A stretch of 63,725 bases of DNA, filler included, from Candidatus Huberarchaeum crystalense (GTDB lineage: Archaea; Huberarchaeota; Huberarchaeia; Huberarchaeales; Huberarchaeaceae), in NCBI GenBank assembly GCA_002790315.1. It is 5 parts of 5 records of this genome, joined end to end, with 100 filler letters (N's around TTAATTAATTAA, not from the genome) between each part and the next. Parts side by side here need not be neighbours in the genome. Positions count along the whole stretch, not along the records: positions 40,172 to 48,115 come from PFUW01000041.1; positions 48,216 to 63,725 come from PFUW01000007.1; 3 more parts are not named here. The stretch is one strand, 5' to 3'. Positions 47,433 to 56,036 of this stretch are shown here, in pieces. The position numbers were made by a program, and so were the translations under genes. Each line of letters begins with the position of its first letter. Position 1 is the stretch's first letter. The notes below the pieces were generated by a model. It saw only the letters and a program-made list of their open reading frames with translations. It had not been told where the DNA came from and made no database searches.

Positions 47433-47948
47433 ATGCCTGAAATGATAATTCTTGTTGATGAAAAAGATCGCGAAATAGGTGAAATTGAGAAGATCGAAGC
47501 ACATAAAAATGGTGGCAAACTGCATCGCGCATTTTCTATTTTTATTTTTAATTCAAGTAATGAAATTATGCTGCAAAGGCGCGCGCTAACAAAACATCAC
47601 TGGGCAGGTGTTTGGTCAAATACTTGTTGCTCGCACCCCCTAATCAAAGAAAAATTAGAAAATGCTGTTCATAGGCGTCTAAAAAAAGAAATGGGTTTTG
47701 ATTGTATTTTAAAAGAGGCATTTTCTCTTGTTTATAAAGCAACTGATAAAGAAACAGATCTTACAGAATGGGAATATGATCATTTTTTTATTGGTGTTTT
47801 TGATGGCGCGCCAAAACCAAACCCTAAAGAAGTCAAAGAGTGGAAATGGATAAAAATCAATGAACTCAAAGATGATTTAAAGAAAAACCCAAAAAAATAT
47901 ACTCCTTGGTTTAAAATCGGACTTAATAAAGTTGTTGAGAATTTATAA
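47433..47948 (+). CDS. idi: isopentenyl-diphosphate delta-isomerase type 1
   Basis: LHRAFSIFIFN, WSNTCCSHP, EWEYDH, YTPWF. Confidence 0.96.
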   Translation: MPEMIILVDEKDREIGEIEKIEAHKNGGKLHRAFSIFIFNSSNEIMLQRRALTKHHWAGVWSNTCCSHPLIKEKLENAVHRRLKKEMGFDCILKEAFSLVYKATDKETDLTEWEYDHFFIGVFDGAPKPNPKEVKEWKWIKINELKDDLKKNPKKYTPWFKIGLNKVVENL

Positions 47949-48115
47949 ATTTTTGCTTGTTTTTGTGGGGGTTTTTAAAATATTATATTATAATATACTA
48001 TGGGTAATATACTATGGGAAGCAAAAAAAACAGCTAAATTACCAGATCCATTTTCGACAAACCTACCAGAAAAACAGATACAAACAACGCGCGAAATTAT
48101 AGACGCGATTTTTAA

Positions 48116-48215
48116 NNNNNNNNNNNNNNNNNNNNNNNNNNNNNNNNNNNNNNNNNNNNTTAATTAATTAANNNNNNNNNNNNNNNNNNNNNNNNNNNNN
48201 NNNNNNNNNNNNNNN
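48116..48215. other. artificial scaffold linker
   Basis: N44-TTAATTAATTAA-N44. Confidence 0.97.
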
Positions 48216-48333
48216 TTTTGACGCTTGGGTGTGGCGGGAAGAAAAAGGGGTGTGGGGAAAATGAATTCCCTCCCCCGCCATCGCTTTCGCAGTTTCTTTT
48301 TTCGCTGCCGCAATTTTTATTTACTAAATCCAT

Positions 48334-48862
48334 TTATTGAGACACCTCTCTTCGTCCTTTTCCTTGCTTCCTTTTTAGGCTTTTATTCATCAACTCGCTA
48401 TGTTTTACTTTTATTTCCGCAGGCCAATCTCCCGCTTGCTCCTGAACATTCCAATCAGGATATTTTCCATTGCTTTGTTTCAAATAGTCATTCATACAAC
48501 AATTTTCTAAAAGTTTATAACTATAACTTGCTTTCAATACTTTGTTATAGCCAAAAAGCCCCTTAATTTGTGCCTCAAAACTATCTTGAAAAATCATGTA
48601 AAATTCAATTTTATGTTTTTTTCAACATTGTTGAATAAAGAAAATACCAAATCCCAAAACTACGAATACTTGGTCTACCACCAATTCCAACATCGCGGTA
48701 AATTTCAAGTGTCTGTTTAATTCCGCCTTCTGATTGCGAGTCACCAATTTTCTTGATTTCCCCATCCACCACTATCAAATAAACTCGCGCGTAGTTTTCT
48801 CGCAGAACACTTTGCGGCAATTTTTCGCCATTTTCATCTTTCAAATCCTTTAAGTAATTAAA
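48334..48862 (-). pseudogene. GIY-YIG (Hpy188I-like) type II restriction endonuclease, frameshifted, 5' end in gap
   Basis: RVYLIVVDGEIKKIGDS...GLFG...KLLEN...YPDWNVQE is split by one extra base in a 7-nt homopolymer at 48616-48622. Confidence 0.7.
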
Positions 48863-48872
48863 NNNNNNNNNN

Positions 48873-49798
48873 ACTTCTATAATTTTAAAATCTTTATAAT
48901 TCTCCCTTACCCAAGAGCAATCATTATAAGACAAAATAAATCCGCCCTTATGTTCCTTCAAAAGTTGTGCCAAAAGCTGATGATTAAATCCGTTATGATA
49001 AATCGGAAAATTTCGCATTGGATAAATCCCGCGAAACATTTTACTATCGCCCTCTAAAAAATATGGCGGATCTAAATAAAGAAAATCCTGATTATGTTTT
49101 GGAATGGTTTCTTCAAATGTTCTACAAAAGACCTTTAGGTTTTTAACATCAAAATTTTTAACTTTTTCAATCATCGACAAATATTTTTTTTCGTCTTTGT
49201 AAATAGATGACATCCAACCAAGAAATCCTGGCCCATAACTCAAATTATGATTAAAAAAANNNNNNNTATTCCAATGTTGCCTCAAGGTATTTTTAATTTT
49301 TTCGTAGTTTTTCGCCGTCGGTTTAATTTTTAATAATCCTTTGTACAATTTTTCAGGTTGCGAAATTTGAATTTGCCAATAATTAACCAGCATTTCAAAA
49401 ATATCATAACCGATAACTTCAATTCCTAATTCTTTAGCAATAGCAACTTCCACCGAACCGCCACCGAAAAATGGACTAACAACTTTTTTGATATCAGGGG
49501 GCAAAAATTCTAAAATATGACCAACCGCCAAAGTTTTTCCACCGCCATATCTTAGAGGCGAACCTAAATATCTTTTATATTTTTTTGTTGGCGATTTTAA
49601 TTTATTTAGAAAAAAATCCTTCGCCTTCGCGATTTTTTTCAGCGTGTCTAGTGTTGGATTTTGATTTTCACCCTGATCAATCTTAATAATCGTATTATTA
49701 GCAATATCGGCGAGCTTGGCGAGCCGATCTTGTGAAAGACCTTTTTGTTCCTGCAGTTTTTTAAGATTTTTTGAGAGTAGATAATCTTGTTTTGACAT
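48873..49798 (-). CDS. XRE-HTH fused Dam/D12-class N6-adenine DNA methyltransferase (gapped)
   Basis: LSQDRLAKLADI...NPTLDTLKKIAKA HTH; SPLRYGGGKT, PFFGGGSV, LYLDPPY, ILSYN. Confidence 0.9.
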
Positions 49799-49928
49799 AT
49801 TTTATTTTTTGTAGTATTATTATAATAGAGTATGAATATATTTATTGATACTACTATAATATTACTACAAAAAATATTTTTAGTAAAGAAGAATTGTGCC
49901 GGCGAAAGTTTTGCGAAATCGTCAGATG

Positions 49929-50000
49929 TGGACTTGAGGAGATTTGAACTCCTAACCTTTTCGTTGCGAACGAAACGATCTACCGTTGATCTACAAGCCC
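49929..50000 (-). tRNA. tRNA-Ala(CGC)
   Basis: GGGCTTG/CAAGTCC acceptor stem with G3:U70; TTTCG-TT CGC AA-CGAAA anticodon arm. Confidence 0.95.
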
Positions 50001-50128
50001 GGCGAATAAAAAGGTGGTGCTGTTGTTGCTTTTGTTAACAATCTGATATTATATGATAACAATATATGTTGTGAAAAACAATATCTCGCGCCATATGGTT
50101 TTTAAATACACTGTTTTATAAAATACTT

Positions 50129-50506
50129 ATGCTTTACAGATGTGTCAGATGCGGAGAAATTTACAAGGACAGCGATGTTATAGTTAAGGGTTGCGAAAAG
50201 TGTCATAATCGGTTTTTTATACTAGTAAGAGAAGATGAATCTGTTGATGAAACAGACAATATTATAAAATTATCAAAAGATGAAAAGCAAGAAATTGAAG
50301 ATAGCATAAAAAACATTGTTGGAGAAAAGGAAGTTGACAAGAACATAGTTGTTTTGGACCTTGAATCAATTCGCGTTTCACAACCAGGCAAATACAAAAT
50401 TGATTTAATTAAATTGTTTAAAAACGAACCCCTTGTGCTTAAAACAGCTGACGGGAAGTATTTTATTGATGTTGCGCGCGCCCTCAAACCAAAAACTAAA
50501 CATTGA
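50129..50506 (+). CDS. oapC: DUF2072 Zn-ribbon protein (OapC)
   Basis: RCVRCG...KGCEKCHNRFF...ESIRVSQPGKYKIDL...DGKYFID. Confidence 0.85.
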   Translation: MLYRCVRCGEIYKDSDVIVKGCEKCHNRFFILVREDESVDETDNIIKLSKDEKQEIEDSIKNIVGEKEVDKNIVVLDLESIRVSQPGKYKIDLIKLFKNEPLVLKTADGKYFIDVARALKPKTKH

Positions 50507-50542
50507 TTTATACTATATATATAATTTATTGCTAAAAAATAT

Positions 50543-50695
50543 ATGTTTAAAACCAAACTAAAAGCAAAAAAAGCGATTATTAACACAAGAGCCAAAAAAA
50601 AGGAAAAGCACCACATTCGGATAAAAAAGAAAAAAACAGGTGAAACAATGACTTTGTGGTTCAAAACACCACCAAAACAAACAAGACTTGATTAA
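50543..50695 (+). CDS. 50-aa Lys-rich microprotein (not in ORF track)
   Basis: MFKTKLKAKKAIINTRAKKKEKHHIRIKKKKTGETMTLWFKTPPKQTRLD. Confidence 0.5.
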   Translation: MFKTKLKAKKAIINTRAKKKEKHHIRIKKKKTGETMTLWFKTPPKQTRLD

Positions 50696-50851
50696 AATAA
50701 ATTTTGTATTTTTGTAATTTTAAGGATTTGAGACAATTGCACTGCGATGCGGATTTAAACCTGCGAAGATTTATGTTAATATTATTATATTTATATAAAG
50801 AGCAGGCGCGAGTTGTGAAAACACGCAACAGTATTCANNNNNNNNNNNNNN

Positions 50852-50889
50852 CTTAAGTCCGTCCCCTTTGACCACTCGGGAACCCTTGC
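50852..50889 (-). tRNA. tRNA-Leu(UAA), 5' half only (rest lost in gap)
   Basis: GCAAGGGTTCCCGAGTGGTCAAAGGGGACGGA-CT TAA G. Confidence 0.8.
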
Positions 50890-51066
50890 TTTGCGGGTTT
50901 TTTTGTCAGAGACAAATCAAACTAACATATAATTTTTTTGAATTTTACGCTAAATTTATTTATGCAATTTATTAATTTTTGAATTAATTTTTTGTATTTT
51001 GACTAATTATTATTTTTTATATTAAATTTTATATTAAATACACTATATAAAACAAAAGAATATTAA

Positions 51067-51139
51067 TGAGCCTGGAGGGACTCGAACCCACAACCGCTCG
51101 GTCCGAAGCCGAGTGCGCTGTCCATTGCGCTACAGGCCC
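51067..51139 (-). tRNA. tRNA-Arg(UCG)
   Basis: GGGCCTG/CAGGCTC acceptor stem; CTCGG-CT TCG GA-CCGAG anticodon arm; GGTTCGAGTCC. Confidence 0.95.
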
Positions 51140-51189
51140 ATAGAATTTTTAAATGCAAATGTTAAACAATAGATTAAACAATAAATATA

Positions 51190-51831
51190 TTATTTAAATT
51201 GCAGAAAATATAAATAGTGGTCTTTTTCAAAAGGGTACAAATCAAGCTTTTGTAAAATCGCAAAATGTTGCGCGAGTTTTTTTTCGCACATTTTAAATAT
51301 TTCATATGGTGGCTTGCTCACATCAATTGAGCGCGCCTTTACTGCGATCATTGCAAATCCCTTTTGCTTCAAAAACAAATTGCAGTTGTTGATCAAGATT
51401 TCAATTTGCTGAGAATCAGCTACATCTTCAAATACAAAATCCATTTTTGGCAAGTCAGAATATCTTTCAGGAAAGCGCGCGTCTTCTATAATAGGAATTA
51501 TGTTTTGCCTTGCTTTTGCAAGAAAATAAAGAGGTTTTGCTGCTATGGGAGAAATCTCAACTGCAAAAATTTGACCTTGAGGTACTATATCTGAAATATG
51601 CGAAACTGTTTGACCTTGGGCTGCTCCAAGATATAAAATTTTTGACGATTCTTCAAACCCTAAATTTTGAATCCCTTTTACCATTGCTGCTGCTATTTTT
51701 GATCTGCGAGGATTCCATAAAAAAAAGGTGTTTGAGTTTATAATAAGCAAATCTTCATTATAAAAATTTTTCTCGGGTGTTGAGCTTTTTGTGTAAAAAC
51801 TATTTCCTTGCTTGTGTAGATTTTTCAGCAT
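51190..51831 (-). CDS. flpA: fibrillarin-like 2'-O-methyltransferase
   Basis: WNPRRSKIAAA, ILYLGAAQGQTVSHISDI, NIIPIIEDARFP, KARSIDV, PFEKDH. Confidence 0.96.
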   Translation of the reverse strand: MLKNLHKQGNSFYTKSSTPEKNFYNEDLLIINSNTFFLWNPRRSKIAAAMVKGIQNLGFEESSKILYLGAAQGQTVSHISDIVPQGQIFAVEISPIAAKPLYFLAKARQNIIPIIEDARFPERYSDLPKMDFVFEDVADSQQIEILINNCNLFLKQKGFAMIAVKARSIDVSKPPYEIFKMCEKKLAQHFAILQKLDLYPFEKDHYLYFLQFK

Positions 51832-51832
51832 A

Positions 51833-52966
51833 TTATGATTTAATATTTATTTGTTTTTGATTGGTGAGTATCTGGTTTGCAATACCTTCTCCTATTGCGC
51901 GCGCAAAATTATCTATGCTAAAAATATCTTTTGCTTTATCAATATTATATTCTTTAATGTTGGGATTAGTTATATTTAATATTTTGCTTAAATAATCAAC
52001 TGCTTGCTTTTGTCCGCCGATTTTGTCAGCCAAACCAAAAGATACCGCCTCATTTCCCAAAAAAATACTTCCTGCTTTTATCAGTTCTAAGTTTTCAGAA
52101 GATATATTTCTATTTGCTGTAAATTCACTAAATAGGTCATTATATAAACTGTCAACAATTGTTTGAAAACGTTTCTGTTCTTCAGAAGTTGGGGACCTAT
52201 AGTTAGAACCCATATCTTTCATTTCACCTGACTTAAACACTGAAACATTAATGCCAATCTTTTCATACAATTCTTGGTAATATTTATAAGATATAACTAC
52301 TCCGAGAGACCCGACAATTGCGTGAGGATGCACAAATATTTTGTCAGTTGCGCCCGCTATAAAATATGCACCAGATGCTCCTTTTTGTGAAATAACGCTG
52401 ACTATTAATTTGTTTTGCTTGACTTCTTTTACAGCATATATTATTTCTTCTGTTTCAGCCACACCCCCACCAGGCGAGTTTATATCTAAAATTATGGCTT
52501 TTACTTTTTTGTTATCTTTTAAATCTAATAGTGATTTTGAAATTTTTTGAGCATCTGCGCACCCATCGCAATTACCAATTTTTCCTGAAATTGGAACTAC
52601 CACAAATGAATTTTCTTTAATTTCCTGACCAAAAAAAGCCAAAACCCTGTTTCCATCACTATTACTATATAAACCCCCCGCCAACAACAAAGCAATGAAA
52701 AAAATCAACAATAAGACAAATGTAAATCCAATTCCTGCGGCAAAAAATAGCAAACCAAAAGAACTATTGTTGTTGGGTTTAGTGCGCGCCATTTGTATGT
52801 CTTTGTTTTCAAAAGTGTTTTTGTTTGCTTCAAAGGATACTTGCTTGTCTTTGTTTTCAAATTCAAACATATCTTTGTTCTTTTCAAAAGATGTAACCAA
52901 ATCTGATTTATTAAGTTGTGATTTTTTTGCTTGGCCTTTGTTTAGTTTTTTTTTATTTAGAACCAT
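51833..52966 (-). CDS. sppA: signal peptide peptidase SppA (S49)
   Basis: AIILDINSPGG, GASGAY, VGSLGV, KSGEMKDMG, GLADKIG. Confidence 0.94.
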   Translation of the reverse strand: MVLNKKKLNKGQAKKSQLNKSDLVTSFEKNKDMFEFENKDKQVSFEANKNTFENKDIQMARTKPNNNSSFGLLFFAAGIGFTFVLLLIFFIALLLAGGLYSNSDGNRVLAFFGQEIKENSFVVVPISGKIGNCDGCADAQKISKSLLDLKDNKKVKAIILDINSPGGGVAETEEIIYAVKEVKQNKLIVSVISQKGASGAYFIAGATDKIFVHPHAIVGSLGVVISYKYYQELYEKIGINVSVFKSGEMKDMGSNYRSPTSEEQKRFQTIVDSLYNDLFSEFTANRNISSENLELIKAGSIFLGNEAVSFGLADKIGGQKQAVDYLSKILNITNPNIKEYNIDKAKDIFSIDNFARAIGEGIANQILTNQKQINIKS

Positions 52967-52997
52967 AACTTTTTGTATAAAAGAAGTTAAAAAAAAT

Positions 52998-53954
52998 ATG
53001 GATATATTTTATGTTGTTGGCCACAAAAATCCAGATACTGACAGTGTCTGTTCAGCGATTGCATTGTCTGATTATTTATCAAAGTGTTCTACAAAAACAA
53101 ATTCTGATGAAAAATATGAGCCTGCTATTCAAGGAGAAATTAATGAAGAAACAAAATGTGCATTAAACAAATTTGGCGTTGAAACCCCTCTAATTTTAAC
53201 AGATGCAACAAACAAAAAAGTAATTCTTGTAGATCATAATAATAAAATGCAAACACTTGATAATATTGAAAAAGCAGAAAAAATCGTGCGCGTCCTTGAC
53301 CATCACCCAATTAATTTTTCTTACCAGGAGCAAATAGAATTTCTTACAATGCCAGTTGGATCTACTGCAACAATAATTGCTCAAATGTACTTTAAAGAAA
53401 ATATAAATATTGACAAAAAAATAGCGGGGCTGTTGCTTTCTGCTATATTGTCTGATACAGTTGTTTTTAAATCTCCAACAACAACAGATATTGATAAAAT
53501 AATGGCGAAAAAATTAGAAAAAATCGCAGACATATCTAATTTTGAGGTGTTTGGGCTGGAATTAAAAAAAGCAAAAGCAAGTTTAAAGAACAAAACACCA
53601 TGCCAAATTATAGACGCTGATTTTAAGGAATTTAATATGAATGGATGCAAAGTTGGCATAGGGCAGTTAGAAGTTGTTGATTTTGAAGATTTTTATGCAA
53701 TAAAAGAGCAAGTTAGTAGCCAAATGAAAAAAATGAAGCAAGATAAAAATTATACTCTTGTTTTGCTTGTTTTTACAGATATTTTGCGAGAAGGCAGTGA
53801 ATTTTTGACAGCAGGAGATGTTGATGCTGTTAAAAAAGCGTTTAATATTTCCACAATAGATGGAATATTTTTAAAAGGCATGATGTCTAGAAAAAAGCAG
53901 GTTGCTCCTTTGTTAGAAAACTACTACAATAAAAACCAAAATAATAAGAATTAA
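52998..53954 (+). CDS. ppaC: Mn-dependent (family II) inorganic pyrophosphatase (start moved to MDIFY)
   Basis: GHKNPDTDS, ILVDHN, DHH, AILSDT, SPTTT, SRKKQVAP. Confidence 0.96.
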   Translation: MDIFYVVGHKNPDTDSVCSAIALSDYLSKCSTKTNSDEKYEPAIQGEINEETKCALNKFGVETPLILTDATNKKVILVDHNNKMQTLDNIEKAEKIVRVLDHHPINFSYQEQIEFLTMPVGSTATIIAQMYFKENINIDKKIAGLLLSAILSDTVVFKSPTTTDIDKIMAKKLEKIADISNFEVFGLELKKAKASLKNKTPCQIIDADFKEFNMNGCKVGIGQLEVVDFEDFYAIKEQVSSQMKKMKQDKNYTLVLLVFTDILREGSEFLTAGDVDAVKKAFNISTIDGIFLKGMMSRKKQVAPLLENYYNKNQNNKN

Positions 53955-54059
53955 ATCTTTAAATATTTTGAAAAATTGATTAAAACAACAATTAAATCNN
54001 NNNNNNNNNNNNNAAAAAGAGCGAGAAACATACTCAAAACAACAAACCATAAAACAATT

Positions 54060-54191
54060 CTATTTTGCTTCAATTACTTTTTTTGTACTTGGATCGCGCA
54101 CTTTTTTGAAAATTATTCCCTGACAAGTAGGACACTCAATTGTTGTGTGTTCAACGAGTGTTTTACACTTTATGCAGTAATACAATACCAT
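54060..54191 (-). CDS. rpoP: RNA polymerase subunit Rpo12 (RpoP) (not in ORF track)
   Basis: Hand translation MVLYYCIKCKTLVEHTTIECPTCQGIIFKKVRDPSTKKVIEAK. Confidence 0.85.
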   Translation of the reverse strand: MVLYYCIKCKTLVEHTTIECPTCQGIIFKKVRDPSTKKVIEAK

Positions 54192-54426
54192 AATATATTG
54201 TGTAAGATTTTACACAAATATACAAAAACTAGATTATGTTTAAAAAACATATGCAACTTAAATTAACTATTACTTCCAAACTAAATATTTTGTATAGTGA
54301 AATAAATAAATACTTTATTCAATCTTTTATTTGGACATATTTGAAAAACACAAGCTTTTCTAAATTGCATGATTTGCTAAAATTTAAATTTTTTTCATTT
54401 TCAAATACAATGTTAGGAGTGTGAAA

Positions 54427-55854
54427 ATGGAAAAAATTAATTTTGGTCTTGAAATTCATCAGCAACTTAACACACACAAACTCTTTTGCAATTGTGATTT
54501 TTATTCTGGACAAGAAACTGATTTTTCAATTCTGCGGCAAATGAGAGCTTCAGCAGGTGAAGGCGGAGCAGTAGATATTGCTGCACTTGAGGAAACAAAA
54601 ACCAAAAAATTTATAAAGTATATAGCAAAAAAAGACAAAATTTGTTTGGTTGAATTAGATGATGAACCTCCTCACTTGCCAAACCGAGAAGCAATGATAT
54701 ATTCTGCTAAGATTGCAAAGGCTTTTGGAATGAAAGTCAGAAAAAATGTTATATTTATGAGAAAAATTATTATAGATGGCTCTAATGTTAGCGGTTTTCA
54801 GCGGACAGCTTTACTAGCAACTAATGGAAAAATAGAAGTCTCTTTTGGAAATGTAGGGATATCTAACTTGTTTATTGAAGAAGACGCAGCTCAAATTATT
54901 GGCAAAGATAATGGCAAGCGGGTCTTTAGTTTGTCTCGTTTAGGCGTTCCTTTAATTGAAATTACAACCGAAATGTTTAGTGCAACTCCTTCTCAAATTA
55001 AGGGGGTTGCTGAAAAAATAGGATCTGTTTTGCGGATGAGTGGATTTGTTAGGCGTGGTTTAGGTACTATTCGGCAAGATATAAATATTTCGGTTGGTGA
55101 TGGAAAACGTGTAGAGATTAAGGGAGCGCAAGATCTATCTCAAATAGAAAAAATAATAGGTGTTGAAATAGCGCGCCAAAAAGTGTTGAGAAATAATCTA
55201 AAATCAGAAGTTAGGCAAGTTATTCCTGACAGCACAACAAGAGCCTTGCGACCAATTTCAACCAGAAGCCGCATGTATCCTGAAACAGACATTCCTATCT
55301 TCACTTTTTCAAATGAGGAATTAGCAGATATTCAACAATATTTTCTTGAAGACCCAGAGACAAAACATAACCGCTTCAAATTATTAGGATTAAGCGATGA
55401 TCTCGCGAGTCAGATTATTAAATCAAAAGATTTGTTTGATTTTGAGGACGCAATTGCTAGATTTAAAAATATTGAGCCAAAAAAAATCGCAGAGGTCTTT
55501 GTTAATGCAAAACGAGATGCTCAACGCAAGATTGAAAAAGATGTTATTTCTAATAACATAAGTTGTGAAAAACGACAACAAATTGACAATAAATATGTTC
55601 TTGATGTTTTGGAATTGTTAGATAAAAAAAAAATTGTTTTTCCAGCAATAGTTGAAATATTGGTTAAAGGAAACCACCAAAAGTTTGAGAAAATAACAGG
55701 TGAGAACTTAGAAAAAGAAGTCAAAAAAATTATGGAAAAAAGCAAGGGAAAAGATGAAACTATTATGATTAAGATTTTGATGGGTGAGTTTAGGCTAAGG
55801 GCTGATTTTAAGGATGTTCTAAACATTTATAATAAATTTCACCAAAAAATATAG
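54427..55854 (+). CDS. gatE: Glu-tRNA(Gln) amidotransferase subunit E, compact form
   Basis: GLEIHQQL..KLFC, DDEPPH, MRKIIIDGSNVSGFQRT, EEDAA, RLGVPLIEI, RGLGTIRQDIN, RMYPETD. Confidence 0.93.
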   Translation: MEKINFGLEIHQQLNTHKLFCNCDFYSGQETDFSILRQMRASAGEGGAVDIAALEETKTKKFIKYIAKKDKICLVELDDEPPHLPNREAMIYSAKIAKAFGMKVRKNVIFMRKIIIDGSNVSGFQRTALLATNGKIEVSFGNVGISNLFIEEDAAQIIGKDNGKRVFSLSRLGVPLIEITTEMFSATPSQIKGVAEKIGSVLRMSGFVRRGLGTIRQDINISVGDGKRVEIKGAQDLSQIEKIIGVEIARQKVLRNNLKSEVRQVIPDSTTRALRPISTRSRMYPETDIPIFTFSNEELADIQQYFLEDPETKHNRFKLLGLSDDLASQIIKSKDLFDFEDAIARFKNIEPKKIAEVFVNAKRDAQRKIEKDVISNNISCEKRQQIDNKYVLDVLELLDKKKIVFPAIVEILVKGNHQKFEKITGENLEKEVKKIMEKSKGKDETIMIKILMGEFRLRADFKDVLNIYNKFHQKI

Positions 55855-56036
55855 AAAAATCGCGCACTTTTTAAATATTAGCTGCGACAAAATAGAAAGT
55901 TATTTTTAGGACAAAAATATAATGTTTGTTATCAAAAATTTTTACAAAATAAATACTGCAAAATCTTTTTTCAAAAACCATATATCTCTAAATTCAATAA
56001 GCATAGAAAAACAAAAAATCCTTTTTCAAAAACCAT

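Noticed and set aside
28883-48215. Four identical TTAATTAATTAA palindromes within N runs
   Set aside because: Artificial scaffold linkers with a fixed 100-nt format. Adjacency across them is not biological evidence, so the viral scaffold cannot be called an integrated provirus.
48611-49798. A single 395-aa methyltransferase-nuclease fusion as listed in the ORF track
   Set aside because: The join passes through an N gap of uncertain length; these are more likely two genes.
49832-50038. 68-aa ORF
   Set aside because: It overlaps tRNA-Ala on the opposite strand; spurious.
52695-52997. 101-aa N-terminal extension of the pyrophosphatase ORF
   Set aside because: It overlaps sppA on the opposite strand; family homology begins at Met 52998.
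53976-54513. Listed short ORFs between ppaC and gatE
   Set aside because: No motifs; the real gene here is the unlisted minus-strand rpoP at 54060-54191.
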